Shown: in pieces, positions 40,654 through 49,883 of the stretch
How the letters are laid out: every line of letters starts with the position of its first letter
How positions within the stretch are numbered: the first letter of the stretch is position 1
Source: Spirochaetia bacterium UBA2205
GTDB taxonomy: Bacteria > Spirochaetota > UBA4802 > UB4802
Reading direction: 5' to 3'
Assembly: GCA_002328585.1 (NCBI GenBank)
Contig: DCUV01000060.1
Coordinates: 72,482-136,481, forward strand
DNA: 64,000 bases
Position numbers and translations under genes: made by a program
The notes under the pieces: model-generated
Database searches by the model: none
What the model was told of the DNA's origin: nothing
The model's input: the letters and a program-made list of their open reading frames with translations, nothing else

Positions 40654-41319
40654 TTATATCACAACAATTTCTTTCAGCAAGCTGTAGTGTTCATTAATCT
40701 GTTTAATCATCGCCATATCACCGTTATACCTATCGGGATGGTATTTTTTTACCAGTTCCCTGTAGCGCTTCTGTAACAATGACCTGTTACAGGTATCTAT
40801 TGCATTAAATTGAAAGAAAGATAAAGCCTTCTCCACCTCCTTAAGGCTGGCAATATATTTATTAAAACCACGGTAAACCTTGATGAGCTCAACTGAAAAT
40901 TCATAATTAATATTGTATGAATCACAATAAAATTTCATTAGTGGATCATAGAGGCAATTATGGTTGTATGGTTCGTAAAAGTTATAGTGAAACGAGCAAT
41001 ATATTCCATCAACTGTTTTCCTATTACAAAAGGCATCGCACCATGGGTCATAATGAATACACGCATTGTTTGTGGGATAGTTTCGTATAACAATATCCAT
41101 GGGATGGATATATACCATTAAATGAAAATATTTTGGTGAGGTCTTAATAGTATATAAAGCATGAAACAGCGAAAAATGCTTTTGATATAGTGATGGATTA
41201 TCCCCATTACATAGAGGATCAACGCATTCTCGTATAACAACTGATTCTATAGCAGGATGTGACAAATTGAGGCAGTATGCAATCAATTTGTCTTCAGGAA
41301 TAATTATGAGCTTATTCAT
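40654..41319 (-). CDS. DnaJ-related protein: Cys/His-rich N-terminal domain plus C-terminal J-domain
   Basis: C-terminal J-domain with HPD (..LVKKYHPDRYNGD..). Start placed at the Met overlapping the upstream lipoprotein stop. The track ORF extends further 5'. Confidence 0.6.
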   Translation of the reverse strand: MNKLIIIPEDKLIAYCLNLSHPAIESVVIRECVDPLCNGDNPSLYQKHFSLFHALYTIKTSPKYFHLMVYIHPMDIVIRNYPTNNACIHYDPWCDAFCNRKTVDGIYCSFHYNFYEPYNHNCLYDPLMKFYCDSYNINYEFSVELIKVYRGFNKYIASLKEVEKALSFFQFNAIDTCNRSLLQKRYRELVKKYHPDRYNGDMAMIKQINEHYSLLKEIVVI

Positions 41320-41509
41320 CAAAAGGCCCCTTTTTATATCGGCTGGCATCTTTTTTTTCTTTCTCGATAATATCTTTAAAAATGATAGAAAAATCATGTG
41401 ATCCATCGATCTGTATCTGTTCCATGGGTACTTTGTTATCTTCATTTTTTTTGCACGATACCCCAAAAAACAGAATAGATATTATTAAACAAATTATTAT
41501 CTTCCTCAT
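41312..41509 (-). CDS. Small lipoprotein (65 aa) overlapping the downstream J-domain gene start by 8 nt
   Basis: Signal peptide plus lipobox FFGVSC. Confidence 0.4.
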   Translation of the reverse strand: MRKIIICLIISILFFGVSCKKNEDNKVPMEQIQIDGSHDFSIIFKDIIEKEKKDASRYKKGPFDE

Positions 41510-41662
41510 AGAGTATAATCCATTATATAAATATATTCTTATATCTACAAACATACAACACATGGTGTAATTTTTCAATATTGATTTTTTTGATCTTCAA
41601 AATTTTACTGTTGACATTATTAATTCCATACAATACACTTACCGATGAACAGGGAGGATTCC

Positions 41663-42253
41663 ATGAGGATATCAAATAATTTGCCTGTACCGTCAATGAT
41701 GGTACCATCAACAGGCAAAAAAACAGGTGCTCCTGTTGCACAAGTAAACAATGTACAGAATCATGTATCGTTGCAAAAATCGATTTCTGCATATACGGTT
41801 GTTCAGGAAGCTCATCAGCTTGTTACTATGGCTCTTAACATTTCATTTGAACTTATACAAAAAGCTTATTCTAAAGAATCCAGTTATACAGAAATAATTG
41901 CTAAACTTGCTACCATAGACAGCTATTTCAACAGATTATCACCTGGTACAGCAAATGTTCCTGCTATCTCACCTGCTGATGTTGTTGAAGAATCATCTCA
42001 AGAAATTACTCAACTACAGAAAGCGGTTACTAACAATGATATAAAAGCAATGAATGCTATACATAATAGTTTAATTAATAACTCACAAATACTGGACAGC
42101 TATAAGCAAACACTATCACGTGCCTTAGGAGGTACCGATACCGATAGTCCCGATATAAACGTAATTAAGAAAATTATTGAAGACAATGCATCAAACGCGT
42201 TGATAGTTCATCAACCGTTACATCATGACAATGTTAAAAAGTTGTTATCATAA
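41663..42253 (+). CDS. Hypothetical Gln/Asn/Ser-rich helical protein, partner of the chaperone-like protein downstream
   Basis: ATG after GGGAGG. No recognisable domain. Confidence 0.4.
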   Translation: MRISNNLPVPSMMVPSTGKKTGAPVAQVNNVQNHVSLQKSISAYTVVQEAHQLVTMALNISFELIQKAYSKESSYTEIIAKLATIDSYFNRLSPGTANVPAISPADVVEESSQEITQLQKAVTNNDIKAMNAIHNSLINNSQILDSYKQTLSRALGGTDTDSPDINVIKKIIEDNASNALIVHQPLHHDNVKKLLS

Positions 42254-42280
42254 TTATTGATTATTATGAAAGGGTGAAAC

Positions 42281-42685
42281 ATGGAGCTTTTTGACGGTTT
42301 TATAGCGGCAATAGCATCAGAATTTAAAATGAAGTTTAATAAAACTTCAGAGGGCGCATATACAACGACAATAGAATTTGAAAATAACCGATCTCAGGAG
42401 ATATTAATTACTCTTAATAAAGATGAATCTGGAGATAGAATAATTAATTATTATTCTGTAATTGGGACAATCAAGAATGAATCTTTTGAATTATATAAAT
42501 TTTCATTAAAACTCAATAGTACTTTTGACTATGGCGCTTTGGCATTATTAAATGATACACTTATTTTACGTAATTCTTTATTGCTTAAAGATTGTGACCC
42601 TCAGCGGTTTATGAAATCGCTTGTATATATTGCTGCAAAAGCTGATGAATTAGAGGAGATGTTAATTACTAAAAATATCTATTAA
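42281..42685 (+). CDS. T3SS-chaperone-like (CesT/SycE/YbjN-fold) small acidic protein
   Basis: 134 aa. Predicted alpha-beta-beta-beta-alpha-beta-beta-alpha order and C-terminal amphipathic helix (..KSLVYIAAKADELEEML..) typical of CesT/YbjN-like proteins. Confidence 0.4.
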   Translation: MELFDGFIAAIASEFKMKFNKTSEGAYTTTIEFENNRSQEILITLNKDESGDRIINYYSVIGTIKNESFELYKFSLKLNSTFDYGALALLNDTLILRNSLLLKDCDPQRFMKSLVYIAAKADELEEMLITKNIY

Positions 42686-43206
42686 TCAAGCTTGCTTGAT
42701 AGTTTGTTACCTAATTCTGCAACATACTTGTAATTGTTTATATCATCAGCAAACAACATAATTGCTATTTGCCCTTTTATTATCAAAACTATTCTATCCT
42801 TATTATATTGATGGAATTCCTGAATTTTTTTTATCTCGGTTGAAGCAGATGGTTGATCCTTGAACATCAACACATAACATACTAAATCATCACCAAATGG
42901 TTTTGTTGATTCTGACATTATTGCAACATACATGTTTTTTATATTATATGGATTGCCGTCAGGGTAAAGTTTGCTAGCTAAAAACTGGATCCCTTCAGTG
43001 CTGACAATACAGGGATTTTCAGGGAATACTTTTTTTGCAAACTGTGGTATTTTCCCAAACACAAAACCTGCAGGGATATCTTCAGAAGATATTCGTAATG
43101 TATTAAAGGTAGTGGTATCATCTGAATAAACCATACCAAGTAATACTATTTCTATAGTCATAAAGAGTATTAAGCTTAGTATTATTGCGAATTTTTTTAT
43201 AATCAT
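42682..43206 (-). CDS. Hypothetical exported protein
   Basis: N-terminal signal anchor. No domain recognised. Confidence 0.35.
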   Translation of the reverse strand: MIIKKFAIILSLILFMTIEIVLLGMVYSDDTTTFNTLRISSEDIPAGFVFGKIPQFAKKVFPENPCIVSTEGIQFLASKLYPDGNPYNIKNMYVAIMSESTKPFGDDLVCYVLMFKDQPSASTEIKKIQEFHQYNKDRIVLIIKGQIAIMLFADDINNYKYVAELGNKLSSKLD

Positions 43207-43483
43207 ACTTCATACCTTTTTGTAGTTAGTATAGTATAACTATCGGTAATACCATCTCAAATTAAAATTTAAATTTTTTCTTAATATTTATACGATAGTG
43301 ATTTATATAAATATATGTTTAGTGATTTATTTTTTTAGCTAGGTGACATAATTATGATTGACTTTTTTATTTTATTATTCTAACGTAATATATAAAAATA
43401 TATCATATCAAACCAATAATAACCATTGCATTATTTATTATATAGTGAACGCGTTGGTTTATTTCTTTTTTGGGAGTCTTTAT

Positions 43484-45571
43484 ATGTCAGATGTAATAAC
43501 AACAACCCCTCAGTTTATACAGAAACGTGATGGCAGGGTAGTGCCATTTGATATTGAAAAGATCACAGAAGCAATCTTTAAAGCAGCAAAAGCAGTTGGC
43601 GGTACCGATAGGAATGCAGCAGTACATATTGCGGAATCAGTTGTTGATATATTATCCATATTGTATAAGGATAAACATATCCCAACGGTAGAAAATGTTC
43701 AGGATTTAGTTGAAAAGATGCTCATTGAAAAAGGGCATGCTAAGGTAGCCAAAGCATATATCCTCTACCGTGAACAGCACAGAAAGATACGAGAAAGTAA
43801 AGACCTTCTTAATGAAGGCATACAGCTCATTGAAGATTATCTTGACAGGTCAGATTGGCGGGTAAATGAGAATAGCAATATGAGCTATTCTCTTCAGGGA
43901 TTAAATAACCATATTGCTTCTGCAATTACTGCCAAATACTGGCTTGAACGTATTTATCCACCTGAGATACGCGATGCTCATACCAATTGTGAACTGCATC
44001 TTCATGATTTAGGGTTGCTGTCGGCTTACTGTGTAGGCTGGGATCTGCGAGATTTATTATTAACTGGTTTTGGAGGTGTTCCCGGAAAGGTTGAAAGCAG
44101 GCCGGCAAAACATTTCCGAAGCTCATTGGGGCAGATAGTCAATTTTTTTTATACATTACAGGGAGAATCGGCCGGTGCACAGGCATTTGCAAATTTTGAT
44201 ACGTACCTTGCGCCATTTATACGTTATGATAATCTGGATTATGCAGGTGTTAAGCAGTGTCTTCAGGAATTCATCTTTAATATGAACATACCAACTCGTG
44301 TAGGATTCCAGACGCCATTTACCAATGTTACCATGGATCTGACCGTACCTCGCTCAATTGCCAATGAACATGTCATTATTGGTGGAGAATGTATGGATAC
44401 AACCTATGCTGAATTTCAGAAAGAGATGGATATATTTAATACAGCTTTTGCAGAATGTATGTTTGAGGGTGATGCGCGACACCGAATTTTTACATTTCCC
44501 ATACCAACGTATAACATTACAAAAGATTTTGATTGGGATAATCCTTCCATACACCTTTTGTGGGAGATAACATCTAAATATGGTATTCCCTACTTTGCAA
44601 ATTTTGTAAATTCTGATATGGACCCAGACGATGCCCGCTCCATGTGTTGCCGATTAAGGCTTGATAATCGTGAACTGCGAAAACGAGGTGGTGGACTTTT
44701 TGGAGCTAATCCTTTAACGGGAAGTATTGGTGTGGTAACCATCAACATGCCAAGATTAGGGTACCTTTCTAAAACAAAGGATGAATTCCTTGCAAGTTTA
44801 TCACATTTGATGGATGTAGCAAGCAATTCATTGGAGATTAAAAGAAAAGTTTTAGAAAACTTTACCTCTCAAAATCTTTATCCCTATACAAAGTTTTATC
44901 TACGTGACGTATATAAACGATTCAAGAAGTACTGGATAAATCATTTTTCAACAATTGGACTTGTTGGTATGAATGAAGCCTGTTTAAACCTTTTAGGGCA
45001 GGACATTACAACTGATGAAGGGAAAGCTTTCACCGGGGAAGTGCTGGATTTTATGCGCAGTAAAATAGCCAGATATCAGCATGAAACAGGCAATTTATAT
45101 AATCTTGAAGCCACCCCTGCTGAAGGTGTTAGCTATAGGTTTGCTCGACATGATAAAAATAGATTTTTGGACATTATTACTGCTGGTAAGAATGAACCAT
45201 ATTATACAAATTCGATTCATCCACCGGTGGGATATGCTCACGATATATTTGATCTCCTTGACCATCAGGATCAGTTACAAGCAAAGTTTACCGGCGGTAC
45301 TGTTGTTCACTGTTTTATTGGAGAGAAGATTGATGATCCGGAAATGGTAAAAATACTGGTAAAATCAATAGCTTATAACTATCACATACCATATTTTACC
45401 ATTACGCCAACGTTTAGTATTTGCCCTGTTCATGGATATATACCAGGGAATCACACATATTGTCCTTATCCACATACAAAAGAAGAGCTTGAGATGTTTG
45501 GAATAGAAGTCGAAATAAAAGATAGGGAACTATCAAAACCCATAGAGACAACCAATCGGATTGTCTCGTAA
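43484..45571 (+). CDS. nrdD: Anaerobic ribonucleoside-triphosphate reductase NrdD body (ATP-cone plus barrel). It lacks the C-terminal glycyl-radical motif and has a Cys/His-variant zinc ribbon.
   Basis: ATP-cone N-terminus, NrdD core. C-terminus ..SICPVHGYIPGNHTYCPYPH..EIKDRELSKPIETTNRIVS has no RVxGY. ATG after GGGAG. The track ORF starts 126 nt upstream in AT-rich sequence. Confidence 0.85.
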   Translation: MSDVITTTPQFIQKRDGRVVPFDIEKITEAIFKAAKAVGGTDRNAAVHIAESVVDILSILYKDKHIPTVENVQDLVEKMLIEKGHAKVAKAYILYREQHRKIRESKDLLNEGIQLIEDYLDRSDWRVNENSNMSYSLQGLNNHIASAITAKYWLERIYPPEIRDAHTNCELHLHDLGLLSAYCVGWDLRDLLLTGFGGVPGKVESRPAKHFRSSLGQIVNFFYTLQGESAGAQAFANFDTYLAPFIRYDNLDYAGVKQCLQEFIFNMNIPTRVGFQTPFTNVTMDLTVPRSIANEHVIIGGECMDTTYAEFQKEMDIFNTAFAECMFEGDARHRIFTFPIPTYNITKDFDWDNPSIHLLWEITSKYGIPYFANFVNSDMDPDDARSMCCRLRLDNRELRKRGGGLFGANPLTGSIGVVTINMPRLGYLSKTKDEFLASLSHLMDVASNSLEIKRKVLENFTSQNLYPYTKFYLRDVYKRFKKYWINHFSTIGLVGMNEACLNLLGQDITTDEGKAFTGEVLDFMRSKIARYQHETGNLYNLEATPAEGVSYRFARHDKNRFLDIITAGKNEPYYTNSIHPPVGYAHDIFDLLDHQDQLQAKFTGGTVVHCFIGEKIDDPEMVKILVKSIAYNYHIPYFTITPTFSICPVHGYIPGNHTYCPYPHTKEELEMFGIEVEIKDRELSKPIETTNRIVS

Positions 45572-45749
45572 ACGTATATGTTGTTGGATAGATTGTATTT
45601 TAAAGTATTGCTTGACTGTATATTTATTTTTAAAGAGTTGTTGGTGGCTGCATTGCAGTTATGTTAAGGGATAAAAATGGAGTACTATTGTCACTCTGAA
45701 CAAAGTGAAGGATCTCGTCGTTTTATGAAAGATAGATTCTTTAGGAGTG

Positions 45750-45935
45750 TGTATCTCAGAATGACAGCGTGGGGCGTGTTATCCTGAATAATGTCCTGAA
45801 TTGGCTTCAGGATCATTTCAGGATAACAGTTACAAATTTGGATTCCTGAACAGGTCAGGATTGACAAAAGTGGCAAAAGAGATTCCTGGTCAAGTCCAGA
45901 ATGACATTGGCACATAAATCTATTTTCGGAGGGGG
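45750..45935 (+). repeat. Copy C of the dispersed intergenic repeat, between the nrdD body and the glycyl-radical ORF
   Basis: GTTATCCTGAA ... TTCAGGATAAC nested hairpins, a TTGACAAAAGTGGCAAAAGAGATTCC module, and 3' end GAATGACATTGGCACATAAATCTATTTTCGGAGG 9 nt before the ATG. Confidence 0.6.
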
Positions 45936-45942
45936 TTCTGAT

Positions 45943-46132
45943 GCAAAGAAATACTGAAAAGAAAATACCCGTCGAGGTATATTCCCGTGTTGTTGGTTAT
46001 TTCCGACCGGTGAATCAATGGAATAAAGGCAAGCAGGAAGAGTTCCATGAAAGAAAGGAATTCATGGCAAAAGAATTATTGAAGGTTGTAGATCATGAAT
46101 ATTCGGGGTATACAGAAAACATCACTCATTGA
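45943..46132 (+). CDS. Stand-alone NrdD glycyl-radical domain fragment (63 aa)
   Basis: ..VEVYSRVVGYFRPVNQWNKGKQEEFHERKEF matches the class III RNR glycyl-radical signature (RVxGY..WNxGKxxEfxdR). Own SD from the repeat. Overlaps the nrdG start by 38 nt. Confidence 0.7.
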
Positions 46133-46790
46133 TTATCCGGGCGCTATTAGTACAGTACTTTTTACTGGTGGATGTAATTTGCGGTGTAGTTATTGTCATA
46201 ATCCATCATTAGTATATAATGATTGTAACTTACACTATTATTCAAATGAAGAAGTAATTGATCTTTTACGAAGCAGAAAACATCTCATCGGGGCAGTAGT
46301 ACTGACAGGTGGTGAACCAACGATTGCAAAAGGGATACTGCAATTTCTTGAAAATATTAAATCGCTGGGAATGAAAATTAAATTAGACACCAACGGCTTC
46401 CAGCCTGATATTCTAAAAAAAATTATAATAGAAAATCTTGTTGATTATGTTGCAATAGACATAAAGACATCTCCTCAAAAATATTCACTTTTAACAAAAA
46501 CAAAGTTATCGTTTAATTGTATCAAAGAATCTATTAGTTTGCTTAAAGATCATGATATCCAATTTGAGGTGCGCACCACCTGTGTGCCAGAATTTGTAAC
46601 ATTACAAGATTTACAGAGCATTAAAGAACAGATTGGGCAGGTATCCCATTATTATTTACAGCAATTTAACAATGATAACACAATGGATGAAGCCTTACAC
46701 AGAGTAAAACCTTATCCACAAGAAATATTATTATTGTTCCGCCAATTTGTGCAAACCTTTGCCACTTACTGTGACATCAGAGGGTTATAA
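46095..46790 (+). CDS. nrdG: Anaerobic ribonucleotide reductase activating protein (radical SAM)
   Basis: ..DYPGAISTVLFTGGCNLRCSYCHNP.. motif. Confidence 0.85.
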   Translation: MNIRGIQKTSLIDYPGAISTVLFTGGCNLRCSYCHNPSLVYNDCNLHYYSNEEVIDLLRSRKHLIGAVVLTGGEPTIAKGILQFLENIKSLGMKIKLDTNGFQPDILKKIIIENLVDYVAIDIKTSPQKYSLLTKTKLSFNCIKESISLLKDHDIQFEVRTTCVPEFVTLQDLQSIKEQIGQVSHYYLQQFNNDNTMDEALHRVKPYPQEILLLFRQFVQTFATYCDIRGL

Positions 46791-47101
46791 AAAATCTGTT
46801 GACAGTATTGTATGGTTTTTATCTGTTTCATGTAATTTTGCATTTAGCAATCAATTGCAATTTTTTCATCAATTGGGCAAGTTAAATATAATACTAAAAC
46901 AATTACTAATTATAAACAATAATTGCCATTATAAAATGAGTATAGCAGTTTGAAAAATTGTGTTATATTATAAAGAAACGAAAGAAACGACTCCTTATCA
47001 TGATACAATATACAATCAGGGTAAAGAAATAAATTGGTTGTTAAAAATTTTATTTCCCTGACAATGGCTACATTATTTTTTTAAAGGAGGACCTGAAAAT
47101 T

Positions 47102-47200
47102 TATGAGCAAGCAGTATAGTCCAAGGATTAAACGCAAGCGAGCTAAACGAAGACTCAAAAGAAAAAAGAAACTAATGGCAAAGAAGGTGGCGCGGTAAAA
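47102..47200 (+). CDS. Small extremely basic peptide (32 aa, MSKQYSPRIKRKRAKRRLKRKKKLMAKKVAR), below the ORF-track cutoff
   Basis: AAAGGAGG 12 nt upstream. Preceded by an imperfect hairpin. Convergent with the 892-aa gene. Confidence 0.3.
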
Positions 47201-49879
47201 TTAGTTGCTTTGTTTGCTGATAATCTCACCACCCACAATAAGTAAAATATTTGATATATTGGGTGCTTCTGTTGAGGGGTATGCGTTTTTATAAGTTAAC
47301 CATATCCCCTTATCAGGAGTTAAGGGTATATAAAGAAATACTGTATCAAAATAAAGATTATTTTTTTTAGCGACAATCCTTTTTTTTGAATCCCCCAGTG
47401 CAATGCAGGAGATAATACCTCTTTTAGCTAATAGGTATCGTGCGTAGAGCATAGCATCAAGCTGTGTTCCTTTATGAAGAAGAGTCCATTGTACTATAGA
47501 AGTGATACTATAAGCATTGTCAGCAATAGTATAGGTTTGTAGTTCCTGAAGCACTTCGTGTATTGCCTCATCTATGGAGTTACTCTGTATTTCTTTTATG
47601 TCTAACAGTTCAATACCGCGTTTGAACAGGGCATTCTGTTCTTCGAACCATTCAATGAGTGCTTGTGGTTCGATAGCCATTATAACAAATTCCCTATTGT
47701 CATGTGCTGATAATTCATTGCTGTTGCAGGTATAGTGATGAATATAACTATCGTTGTTTGTTATTTTAGTGAGGTTCATTGTTCCCGCGACGGTAACATC
47801 TGCATCAGGAGATAAAACTATAATGTCACAATCAAATGGGGATTGGTTATAATTTTGCAGTATATGCATTATATTAATATTTTTTTGCAATAGAAAAGAT
47901 GTTTCCATCACGACAAGTTCACAGTGACTATCGTTTAAATATTCCTGTATCTTCTGTTGTATGGTATGGTTCCCGGGATAAAAGGTGTATGATTGCATTT
48001 TTCCTCTGTTATTATATGCATACAGAGTATAACTAATAATCTCAGTGCCATGGGAAAATTGGTAGTTATTTAATACGGATATATCAGTAAAATGATATGC
48101 GTCAAATATTGTACAATATAGTGCATCATGAACCATCCGCACTGCATAACATGAATACATTAATTTGTTCCTAGTATTATTGATGATTTCATAAGCAAGC
48201 TGTGTAAAAAAATATTTTTTTACATAATCATCAAATGTGGCTTTCATGTAATCAGGATGCACAACAAGACTATTTACAATTGCATTATGCTTTTGACTAT
48301 ACATGCTGTCGTCATAGCCTTCTAATTGAGCTATTGTGGCTAATAGCTTATAAGCTTCAGTGTCAAAACCCTGTGCAATTGTTTTAAACAAAGCACTCTT
48401 TGCTTCACCATATCTGCCAAGTGCAATGAGGGCATAAATATAATCATAAAAAAATTTATGATCTTTCACATCGGAAAGAATGGCTGCTATTTTTTCATAT
48501 TGTTTATTTTCATTATAGCAGTGAAGCAGCAATGTCAACTCCATGTTATTCAAGTTTTTATATGTTTCTAATATCGTTATTGCCTTGCGATTATCATAGA
48601 ATGAATAAATAGATGCAATGGTAAAGGTAAGTTCGCGACTCTGCGGGAAGCGTTTCAGCAAAAAATCTAAATCTGCTTTTTTATTAATTAATTCTTCTTT
48701 TTGCATGTATAAAGTTTGTATAAGTATGGGTAGCCACTGTATTTCTGCAATATTCATGGACTCTGGTGAATAGAGAATATCGTAAAAATAGCCACCAAGC
48801 ACTGTTTGAGGTTGTACATTTTTTTGTACGATAGTTCTCAACAGCAAGGTGTTGTCTGAAAATTCAAGGCTGTATCTCAGTAACAATGAGCATAATCGGT
48901 ATGTGATATAATCCTTGTGTGAACGCAATGCCTGGTTATAATATTTGAAAGCCTCCGTGCTGTGAATTGTTTCTGAAAAAAGAGCAAGTTGCAGAGCATT
49001 ATCAGGTGAATGATTGCTCATATAGTTTGACAGAAGTTGATTCTGATATTCATAGAATATCTCATAACAGTTAACGGGATTATAATACATAGTGTCTGTA
49101 CTTCGCAACTGCATCGTTGCATTGGTTTCATCACGAAACAGTATTTTTAAGTACATATCATTGTCTGGTTTATAATATACTGCTATGCTGAATCCATCGA
49201 TTGGTTCAATATGAATGATGCGAATCTCTTTTTTTACTGTTGTAGCCGCATTGACACATACTTTTGTTCCATTTATAAATATGGCATATTCCATATTAGA
49301 AAAAACGTACATAGAAACTGGTTTATGTAATTCAAACGATGTGCTGCATAGTCCTGTTGCGTGCAAAATCTGGGTGTATTGCTCTACAGGTATATACCCG
49401 GCGCATGATTGCATTACTGCTATTTTGTTTTTATCAGGCAGTATCAGGGTATCCAGTTGTGTTTGGAAAGACACCATGCTTCTGGGCATTGGTTCCTTGC
49501 TATTGTCATAGATATACCAGCGCTGATTCCCTTTTATATTGTTTTTATTGAAACGTTCTCTGGATATATCTGCAATATCGTTGATAAACATTTTTTCGTA
49601 TGGTGATTGTGCATTAGTAGCAAGCAATTCAAGTAGTGCTATAGCTTTTTCAATTCCCATTATCTGCTGGATATGTTCACTATCTGCTAAAATGAGCAAG
49701 CTGGGTATTGTCAGATTTTGTACACCCTGTATATACTGTTTAACGAGTGCTTGCGAATCTCCGCTGCAATACATGGTAACGGTATCATGATCTATGATAT
49801 CTGCAGATGCATCAACAGTAACTATCGCCACTATACATAAGCTTATCAATATAGTTATGCAATATTTTACCATTACCAT
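47201..49879 (-). CDS. Large secreted hypothetical protein (892 aa) with a central TPR-like helical region
   Basis: Signal peptide. N/Y/I-rich composition. No catalytic motif recognised. Confidence 0.5.
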   Translation of the reverse strand: MVMVKYCITILISLCIVAIVTVDASADIIDHDTVTMYCSGDSQALVKQYIQGVQNLTIPSLLILADSEHIQQIMGIEKAIALLELLATNAQSPYEKMFINDIADISRERFNKNNIKGNQRWYIYDNSKEPMPRSMVSFQTQLDTLILPDKNKIAVMQSCAGYIPVEQYTQILHATGLCSTSFELHKPVSMYVFSNMEYAIFINGTKVCVNAATTVKKEIRIIHIEPIDGFSIAVYYKPDNDMYLKILFRDETNATMQLRSTDTMYYNPVNCYEIFYEYQNQLLSNYMSNHSPDNALQLALFSETIHSTEAFKYYNQALRSHKDYITYRLCSLLLRYSLEFSDNTLLLRTIVQKNVQPQTVLGGYFYDILYSPESMNIAEIQWLPILIQTLYMQKEELINKKADLDFLLKRFPQSRELTFTIASIYSFYDNRKAITILETYKNLNNMELTLLLHCYNENKQYEKIAAILSDVKDHKFFYDYIYALIALGRYGEAKSALFKTIAQGFDTEAYKLLATIAQLEGYDDSMYSQKHNAIVNSLVVHPDYMKATFDDYVKKYFFTQLAYEIINNTRNKLMYSCYAVRMVHDALYCTIFDAYHFTDISVLNNYQFSHGTEIISYTLYAYNNRGKMQSYTFYPGNHTIQQKIQEYLNDSHCELVVMETSFLLQKNINIMHILQNYNQSPFDCDIIVLSPDADVTVAGTMNLTKITNNDSYIHHYTCNSNELSAHDNREFVIMAIEPQALIEWFEEQNALFKRGIELLDIKEIQSNSIDEAIHEVLQELQTYTIADNAYSITSIVQWTLLHKGTQLDAMLYARYLLAKRGIISCIALGDSKKRIVAKKNNLYFDTVFLYIPLTPDKGIWLTYKNAYPSTEAPNISNILLIVGGEIISKQSN

Positions 49880-49883
49880 GCCA

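Noticed and set aside
43358-43483. Upstream extension of the nrdD track ORF (MTFLFYYSNVIYKN...)
   Set aside because: It is AT-rich intergenic-like sequence without SD. The ATP-cone begins at the ATG at 43484, which has a GGGAG SD.
45677-45784. 35-aa ORF (MEYYCHSEQSEGSRRF...) inside the nrdD gap
   Set aside because: It runs into the repeat element, has only a weak SD, and has no recognisable features. It is probably non-coding.
45750-45935. Hammerhead, twister or other small self-cleaving ribozyme, or retron msr/msd, as the identity of the repeat
   Set aside because: There is no CUGAUGA...GAAA core or other ribozyme consensus, and no reverse transcriptase gene nearby.
45572-45942. Possibility that the nrdD interruption is a self-splicing group I/II intron, as in phage T4 nrdD
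   Set aside because: At about 370 bp it is too short and lacks recognisable P3-P7/P9 or domain V features. The region instead matches the dispersed repeat family found before unrelated genes, and the downstream ORF has its own SD and ATG.
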